64,000 bases of DNA from sequence record NC_070998.1; one strand, 5' to 3'. Every line of letters starts with the position of its first letter. Positions within the stretch are counted from its first letter, which is position 1. Shown here piece by piece: positions 57,792-64,000 of the stretch. A program made the translations under genes and the position numbers. Below the pieces are notes generated by a model. The model was given only the letters and a program-made list of their open reading frames with translations. It did no database searches and was not told the DNA's origin.

Positions 57792-57823
57792 TTCCTACCT
57801 ACCCTTTATTGGGTAGGTAGGAA
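57792..57823. terminator. Bidirectional terminator
   Basis: TTCCTACCTACCC-TTTATT-GGGTAGGTAGGAA. Confidence 0.85.
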
Positions 57824-57843
57824 CTTAACTATATATTATTTTT

Positions 57844-60771
57844 TTATTCTTCGTCAGGAAGTTTATCCTCGGGAGCTACTTCTTCCTCATCATTTTCATT
57901 AGATGGAATTTCGTCTACCACAATGTCAGGATCAGCAGCTGGTAATTCATCTTCAGCAAATGGATCAGTATCATTACCGTCGCCACTTAAGAATGAACCT
58001 CCTCCACCCATTGGATCTACTTGAGTTTCATCGACACCAAGTTCACTACCTTCCGGTTCATCAAACTTAGCATCTTGTTTCTCTTTCTTCTCAATGAGTT
58101 TCTTCATTTCTCTACGAGGTTTCTCTTGACCTTTGACATACTCACCAAGGAACTTAATAACGTTACATTCCAAGTTAGTGATATCATTGACCATACTCAA
58201 CATACCACCGCCATCTCCATTATTAAGAATCATCTCAAATGGAGAAGGAATGTTAAAACGTTCAAACGCGTGTTGTAGTAAAGCGGCTTTAATCTGAGCA
58301 AGAAGTTCATCAGGTTCAATATTAAGTTCCTGAGCTTTCTTCTCGATAAACTTAACACCACCACCCATTTCAATCCAAGCAGAAACAAGTTTATTAATAG
58401 ATTCGATCTTATCTTCGATCTTGTTAATAGTCTCGTTAATTGCGGGAGAAGGAAGTTCCACAAAGAAGTTATTGATAAAGTCAAGCAAGACCATTTCAAC
58501 ATCATCAATTTCCTGAGATTGTTCTTCAGGAGTAATAACTTCTACCCCATCTCCTTCAACGTTCTCAGGATGCTGTTCTTCTTTTTTTTTCTTCTTACCT
58601 TTCTTAGTGCCTTCCATTTCCAACTCTTGTGCTTCTTCCTTCACTTCTTCAGAATCACGTTGAGCATGAAGGGAACCAGTTTGATCGGGTTTACTATAAA
58701 GAGCCTTGTTCTCTTTAATAATGGTAATAAGATCAGTAAGAAGTGGTTCGTTACACCTAATGTGTTTCTTCATAAAGTCTGAGAAGAAACCACTAAACAA
58801 GCGAGACCATTCAGCAGTTTGGTTACGAAGTAATTCCTGATCAGCAAGAGCTTCAATGGCAAAGTCGTTACCTTCACCAGTGTCTTCCAACCAACTACGC
58901 TTTAAGCAGAAGTAACCAGCGATAGTGTTAAGTAAACCTTCTTTACTAGACGGATCGATAGTCTTTAAAGGTTCACGGGACATCTGACTAGTTTCGATAG
59001 TAGGTGCAATAACATGTTTGTTATCCCCAGCATCTACTTTAATAGTCAGACTCTGTTCCTTAAATCGATCCAATACAGCATCAATACTAACGTTGTTATA
59101 ACCCATGATATCGTGAAGAGTCGGGTTATTAGCGAAGTACTCATCTCGTACCAGTGCAATAGTGTTACGAGCATTGACATCTTCTTTCTCTAAACCAATA
59201 CGAAGTTCAGAGTGAGAGATGGCGTTCTCGACGTTAGCTAGGATGTCGGCAGTTTCCAGAATAGCAAGACGAGTAATGTGGAGTTTAGCTTCTTCAACCA
59301 AAGAACGACCAATACCAGCATTAGAGAAGTCTACAGCTATATAAGTGACGTATTCGGCAGGAACGAATACACAACGGACACCTTGCTGTTTAAATGCACG
59401 AGATAAGAATAGTTTCTTATTGTTTTCGCTTAGTGAAACAGTTACGGATTTCTCCAGATCACCATTAATGAAACCTTCAATGAACTCTTTCTCCAAGATA
59501 GCAGAGCTCATTTCTACCATCCACTCCATATCAAGATTACACTCTTCACCTTGAGCAATCTGACGGATGTGATTAGCCATTTCATTAACTGAACCAAATG
59601 CTGGTCGTTGTGTTCCACCTGTGTTATAAAACTTACTATCGCTAGTAGATTTCAGGTATTCGCCGGTTTTAGGATCAACCATCAGGATATAACCAAATGG
59701 TTTACCAATCTCACCATTAACGTGAACAGGGATACAAGCTTCGCTAGGAACGTGATAAGTGACCCCTAACCCACGACCAGTACCAGTGTAGAACTTACTT
59801 TGACGAACAGAGAGATGTTCATTATAAGCAAAGTTACGATTAGGGTATAACTTACTTAATTGTTGATCTAACGATTTCTTCTCAGCAATAGCTACATTAT
59901 TAGCATTAGCTTTATGGCGTGTATGTTTCTTTTTCTCAAAGACATTACCCAAAACAGTTTGCAGAGTTTCTTGACCGGCTAAACTAGCTAAACGATCTGC
60001 TCTGAGTTTCTGCTTAACTTCACCAACTTTCAATACGTTTACGTTATCAGTAAATGTCCAACCTAGTGCTTCATTGACTAAGCTATACTCAGCGCCAGCT
60101 TCAGGTAATTTACCGTACAAAGATTCAAAACCAGTTAGTTCATTAGCTGGTTTAGTTTTACGAATAAAACCGATGTTACGAACTTTGGTGTAAGTTTCAT
60201 CAGCATATACTTGACTCAGTTGAGCAGTAGCAACCGCTTTAAAACTTTCTGTACCAGCGAGCTCGTAACCATTGATGAGATGGTCCAAGGCCGAATGAGG
60301 AAGGTTTAGCAAGACATAAGAGCCAGTCCGGCACAGAACGTCTTTAATAATTTGAGCTGGCATTTCTTCAAAGGGATATTCTACTGTAAAGTAGTTTTCT
60401 ACTCTTTGTAGAAGTGCATCGTGCAACTTACCATTTTTTACAGCAGAACTAGTGGTGTCATACTGTAGAATATCTTGATTACCATTTGGTTTAAGAAGTA
60501 GTGTAGTCCAGATCTGTTCAGCACGCTTGATGTAGTGTGTGACAGTGCGAAGATCATTCGCAGCTTGGATATTGCTACTGATAATTTCCGATAAACGTTT
60601 AACTTTACGAATAGGAGCTTTAGCGCTCTCTTCTACCCGTTTTTCGCTACGGTGTTCCCTGTCTCTTACTAACAGTGATTGCAATCCTTTCTCCAAAGGA
60701 GAGGGGTTCTTTGTCCTGTTACTAAGAGCAGCGCGATCAATCGGTTTAAAACCTTTCGGTAGTCCACTCAC
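57844..60771 (-). CDS. Portal protein (phiKZ gp129-like), 975 aa, GTG start
   Basis: GGGAG SD; GIGRSLVEEAKLHITRLAILE stem-helix pattern; acidic C-terminal tail; GxE motifs; synteny. Confidence 0.75.
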   Translation of the reverse strand: MSGLPKGFKPIDRAALSNRTKNPSPLEKGLQSLLVRDREHRSEKRVEESAKAPIRKVKRLSEIISSNIQAANDLRTVTHYIKRAEQIWTTLLLKPNGNQDILQYDTTSSAVKNGKLHDALLQRVENYFTVEYPFEEMPAQIIKDVLCRTGSYVLLNLPHSALDHLINGYELAGTESFKAVATAQLSQVYADETYTKVRNIGFIRKTKPANELTGFESLYGKLPEAGAEYSLVNEALGWTFTDNVNVLKVGEVKQKLRADRLASLAGQETLQTVLGNVFEKKKHTRHKANANNVAIAEKKSLDQQLSKLYPNRNFAYNEHLSVRQSKFYTGTGRGLGVTYHVPSEACIPVHVNGEIGKPFGYILMVDPKTGEYLKSTSDSKFYNTGGTQRPAFGSVNEMANHIRQIAQGEECNLDMEWMVEMSSAILEKEFIEGFINGDLEKSVTVSLSENNKKLFLSRAFKQQGVRCVFVPAEYVTYIAVDFSNAGIGRSLVEEAKLHITRLAILETADILANVENAISHSELRIGLEKEDVNARNTIALVRDEYFANNPTLHDIMGYNNVSIDAVLDRFKEQSLTIKVDAGDNKHVIAPTIETSQMSREPLKTIDPSSKEGLLNTIAGYFCLKRSWLEDTGEGNDFAIEALADQELLRNQTAEWSRLFSGFFSDFMKKHIRCNEPLLTDLITIIKENKALYSKPDQTGSLHAQRDSEEVKEEAQELEMEGTKKGKKKKKEEQHPENVEGDGVEVITPEEQSQEIDDVEMVLLDFINNFFVELPSPAINETINKIEDKIESINKLVSAWIEMGGGVKFIEKKAQELNIEPDELLAQIKAALLQHAFERFNIPSPFEMILNNGDGGGMLSMVNDITNLECNVIKFLGEYVKGQEKPRREMKKLIEKKEKQDAKFDEPEGSELGVDETQVDPMGGGGSFLSGDGNDTDPFAEDELPAADPDIVVDEIPSNENDEEEVAPEDKLPDEE

Positions 60772-60797
60772 GTTTATATTCTCCCTTAGGAAACATT

Positions 60798-62906
60798 ATG
60801 CTAGACAATGTAGAGTTTAACGCTTATATCCAAAAGACGATCGCATTTGCTCGTACTATTGTGATTAAGTGCGAAGATCTCGCATTGCTTGATAACCGGT
60901 TGATGGAACAGTACTACGGGATTAACTCCGGGACAGATAAGTCCAAATGGCGTTATTATCTCCACCTCAATGGCGAGTATCATAGCACTGATGAGATCAT
61001 GAAAGTTCAGTCACTAGATAATGGTGACGTTATTGATTTTACAAAGGCTAATCTGGATATTCATCCAGCCACTAAACGCGCATATAGACTAGGTAGTTAC
61101 TACTACACTAGACTTACGGAAAAATATCCAGCTCAGTCTAATTTGATTAACGGTATTATAAACCCGATTCCGCCTTCGGAATCCATACCAGCAAATAATT
61201 ACCAAATCCTAAGATATAACAAAGATTATGTTCTTTGGAATGAGTATCAGTTGATTCCTGCTTTGCAAGAACATATTAATACCATGGTGTTGACATCTTT
61301 TAAAACTGAATACCTGTATACAGATAACTTGATGTTAACTATTTTACTGGGTAATTTATATGCTTCACTAGTCTCAGCTATTTTGATGATAAGGGAAGAG
61401 GCAGAAGGTACACGTTATGTGCACGAATTCCACATATGGTCAAAGTTAACAAGTCATGGCATTAGTCCGATCTATAAATCGGTACTTGATAACAAACAAA
61501 CAATGTGGCTATATCGCAATATAGATTGGGTACTTCGCAAACAAGGTAGAATCCAAACCTTTGACTCTTTAGTGGATATTATTCTTACTCACAGAAATAT
61601 ACCGCTAGCAAGACATGAAGCTCTACAGACCACCACTGACCAACTAGATAATTTAGTTCCTACTCCAGCGTTTATTTCTAGACCAGTCAACTTACAAAAT
61701 AGACTTGGGTTATCAAGCCGGATGTTAACTGTTAGTGAGTTGATAGTTAAGGAAAACAAAGTTGCTATTGATAATGCGCAGGAAGAGTCCTACAGCATTG
61801 CAACAGCGGAGTACAACATCTCCACCGGTGTACACTCGGACATCCCTACAAAGGTGTTAGAGTCCACTATGGTGGATGCCACAGATCGTAATCCCAATAC
61901 GATCATGCGTGTCCTCCATAATCACTGGATTTATTTAGCGGCTAATGATATTTATCAAATCAACCACGATTTTGTTGACTTTAGATCCGGAACGCGCTTT
62001 AAATTATCCACTAAAGACGCCTACATTCTCTGGGCTTACTTACTAGATAGAAATAGGAAAACGACCCAAGAACATATCCCTGCTTATACTTACTTTAACG
62101 TAAGGAAGATCCTACCTCCTAACTATCTTGTCTTAATGGGATTAGGAGATAAAGATATTCTTACTGAGGATGTTGCAAAAGACATTCTTAAAGTAACTGT
62201 TGAGTATTCAAGGATTATTTCTCCTGACGTGTTTTTCCTTAAAGCAAAAGAGATCTTTGATAAACAGTGGGATCATCGTAAACTTTATTCCAGAGTACTG
62301 AACCTTTTTACTCACACCAGAGTTAAAAATGCGGTAGAGAGTTTATACGAAACTGGTGCTGTTAAGCTAACCAATAAAACACGGTATAAAGATTGGTTGA
62401 CTAGACTAGAACTTAACTTTGATGATTACAGTGAAGATGATTGTTTAGAATTAGCTTGGAACATCTGGAAGAAAGTGACCGGATGGGAAAATGCAGCTTT
62501 CATGACAATAGCCGATCAACAGAAACAGTTGATTAACTTGATGAAAGATCTCACCAGCTACACCGTTCAGTACATCGGTTCTACTACTGAAGGTGAGGTA
62601 GAAGGACAAATCCAGTTAATGGATTTAGTTGATTCTGATATTTGGTCTCCTAATTCAGAAACCGGTTTAGAGTCTGATAATAAAGATCAACTTGTACTAG
62701 ATGCATTAAAGGGTACCAAAGAAGCTAGTTTAACAGCTAAAGAGCATAGAGGTTCCCCAGAAGGTAATATGGTGGATCACTTAGAAATCGAATCGATTGG
62801 TTCTGGTGATATTCCTATTAATAGTTATTTGAAATATGTGGAAACTGAACCCGATTTCTCTCCATTCCATTTAAACGTCGGGCTAAGGCTTCGAGAAGCT
62901 GTTTAA
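60798..62906 (+). CDS. Baseplate/tail structural protein (phiKZ gp128-like), 702 aa
   Basis: TAGGA SD; KWRYYLHLNGEYH N-terminal motif; divergent from the portal. Confidence 0.65.
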   Translation: MLDNVEFNAYIQKTIAFARTIVIKCEDLALLDNRLMEQYYGINSGTDKSKWRYYLHLNGEYHSTDEIMKVQSLDNGDVIDFTKANLDIHPATKRAYRLGSYYYTRLTEKYPAQSNLINGIINPIPPSESIPANNYQILRYNKDYVLWNEYQLIPALQEHINTMVLTSFKTEYLYTDNLMLTILLGNLYASLVSAILMIREEAEGTRYVHEFHIWSKLTSHGISPIYKSVLDNKQTMWLYRNIDWVLRKQGRIQTFDSLVDIILTHRNIPLARHEALQTTTDQLDNLVPTPAFISRPVNLQNRLGLSSRMLTVSELIVKENKVAIDNAQEESYSIATAEYNISTGVHSDIPTKVLESTMVDATDRNPNTIMRVLHNHWIYLAANDIYQINHDFVDFRSGTRFKLSTKDAYILWAYLLDRNRKTTQEHIPAYTYFNVRKILPPNYLVLMGLGDKDILTEDVAKDILKVTVEYSRIISPDVFFLKAKEIFDKQWDHRKLYSRVLNLFTHTRVKNAVESLYETGAVKLTNKTRYKDWLTRLELNFDDYSEDDCLELAWNIWKKVTGWENAAFMTIADQQKQLINLMKDLTSYTVQYIGSTTEGEVEGQIQLMDLVDSDIWSPNSETGLESDNKDQLVLDALKGTKEASLTAKEHRGSPEGNMVDHLEIESIGSGDIPINSYLKYVETEPDFSPFHLNVGLRLREAV

Positions 62907-62914
62907 GGATAAAT

Positions 62915-63235
62915 ATGCAACGACTAAAAGACCGTTATCCTGATAGTCGTTCTTTCCATGTATTGGCTAATCAAGAACAGGAAGTTTTACTCCTACTTGA
63001 TAACAGACATGTGAAACACGAAAAGGATAACTTAGCATATCTCACTGGAATACTAGATAAAACGAATAAACCTGATTTAAATGAGCGTGATGTTGTAAGT
63101 CACGTATTTGAAAAGTATCCGTTTTTGTATTCCGAAGATATCGAAAAGATACAAGAGTTTGATAACTACTTTACGGTAAGTGTTTATCCTAATACACTTA
63201 TTCACTTTGGACAGTTTAATATCTATAAGGGTTAA
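62915..63235 (+). CDS. Small virion-operon protein, 106 aa
   Basis: TAAGGA SD; packed in the operon. Confidence 0.75.
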   Translation: MQRLKDRYPDSRSFHVLANQEQEVLLLLDNRHVKHEKDNLAYLTGILDKTNKPDLNERDVVSHVFEKYPFLYSEDIEKIQEFDNYFTVSVYPNTLIHFGQFNIYKG

Positions 63236-63237
63236 TC

Positions 63238-64000
63238 ATGGTAGATGTAATTGATAATGGTCGTACTAAAAGTAAACTCCCGAGTCAACTGATCTCCCCT
63301 ACTGGATTTGGTACGGTAGTTTCAGCTGCTGTGAACTGTAAGCAACCTTTTAACATTCCAGCTAATACTACTCTTAATGAGAAATACGATGTACTAGCTG
63401 TTGAATCGGTTGGAATGAAACACGGTAAAGATTTCAGTCTGGGTTATTACGGTATTGGTATCGGCGGTTCTCGCTCAGTGGGTGCAGACACCAATGGCTT
63501 GGAAGGTCGTAAAGTATATCAACACAAAGCTACCGACCAGGCTGCTTTCTACCCAATCCCTTTCTTGATCCGCACCATTGATAACGACATTGATCCAGCT
63601 ATTCGCGAAAACTATCGGATGCGCGTGGTTCGCAAAATCGGCGAAATCACTTATGTAATGTATTACCTTAAGAAAATCGGATTCCAGCTGTTTGATCCGT
63701 CTGTTAAGATCGGTACTCGTGATGAGACCACTGGTAATGAAACCGAATATCCTTACGAGTATAAGAAAGAAGATCTTTCCCCTACTCCGTATGAACTCCT
63801 TACCACTGATAGTATTCCACTTTCCAACACTTATGCTAATGGCACTGGTAAACTAGATCTCTCTTTGAACAGTAGTGATCTTAATGAAATCCGTAACGTT
63901 TGCACCATTCTCTTTAATGACGTTACTAAAGCTGCTATCAATGAGATGTATCTGGTGCACGGAATTGAAACTACTTTCGATGGTCAGATCGGTTCCGGCG
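63238..64000 (+). CDS. 3'-truncated structural protein (phiKZ gp130-like), absent from the ORF track
   Basis: ATG 63238 after TAAGGG; open to the window end (MVDVIDNGRTK...PANTTLNEKYD...GYYGIGIGG). Confidence 0.8.
   Translation, partial: MVDVIDNGRTKSKLPSQLISPTGFGTVVSAAVNCKQPFNIPANTTLNEKYDVLAVESVGMKHGKDFSLGYYGIGIGGSRSVGADTNGLEGRKVYQHKATDQAAFYPIPFLIRTIDNDIDPAIRENYRMRVVRKIGEITYVMYYLKKIGFQLFDPSVKIGTRDETTGNETEYPYEYKKEDLSPTPYELLTTDSIPLSNTYANGTGKLDLSLNSSDLNEIRNVCTILFNDVTKAAINEMYLVHGIETTFDGQIGSG

Noticed and set aside
5665-57823. Repeated hairpins as a CRISPR array or tRNAs
   Set aside because: Dispersed single copies with no regular spacers, no cas genes and no cloverleaf or T-loop pattern.
58580-58592. 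A9 run in the portal coding strand as a slippage or phase-variation site
   Set aside because: Encodes part of a Lys run within a continuous ORF; no alternative frame of interest was evident.
1958-60983. Numerous 60-160 aa ORFs antisense to or nested within long genes
   Set aside because: No SD, no motifs, overlap well-supported genes; expected by chance in six-frame translation.
1-64000. Chimallin (nuclear shell), PhuZ tubulin or anti-CRISPR genes
   Set aside because: No ORF here can be matched to them by motif; nucleus formation is inferred only from core-gene synteny.

Overview
AT-rich 64 kb segment of a phiKZ-like (Chimalliviridae-type) jumbo myophage, covering the conserved core block equivalent to roughly phiKZ gp70-gp130. 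Family assignment and gp equivalences come from recognisable motifs plus synteny, not database searches. Present are three non-virion RNA polymerase subunits (beta-C, beta'-C, beta-N), one virion RNAP beta' subunit, an SF2 helicase split at its P-loop by a class-3 (WCT) mini-intein, the N-terminal half of a split family-B DNA polymerase, a DnaB-like helicase, major capsid protein, portal, baseplate/neck proteins and a cluster of internal head proteins with G/A/S-x-E maturation motifs. Accessory content: two related free-standing HNH endonucleases, small early genes and two single-gene cassettes for Gly/Ala-rich hydrophobic proteins behind a 49/50-identical promoter. A 34-bp early-promoter motif (6 copies), a late-promoter-like ATGTTATG motif and about 17 intergenic hairpins can be read directly. 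The strongest new-looking signals are a probable programmed -1 frameshift (T TTT TTC, 16374-16380) making a G/GT-like chaperone pair, the twin membrane-protein cassettes, a HExxH metalloprotease-like virion protein with membrane helices, and prion-like N/Q/G domains next to nvRNAP genes. No tRNA, rRNA or CRISPR array is supported. Chimallin and PhuZ are not in this window, so nucleus formation is inferred only.
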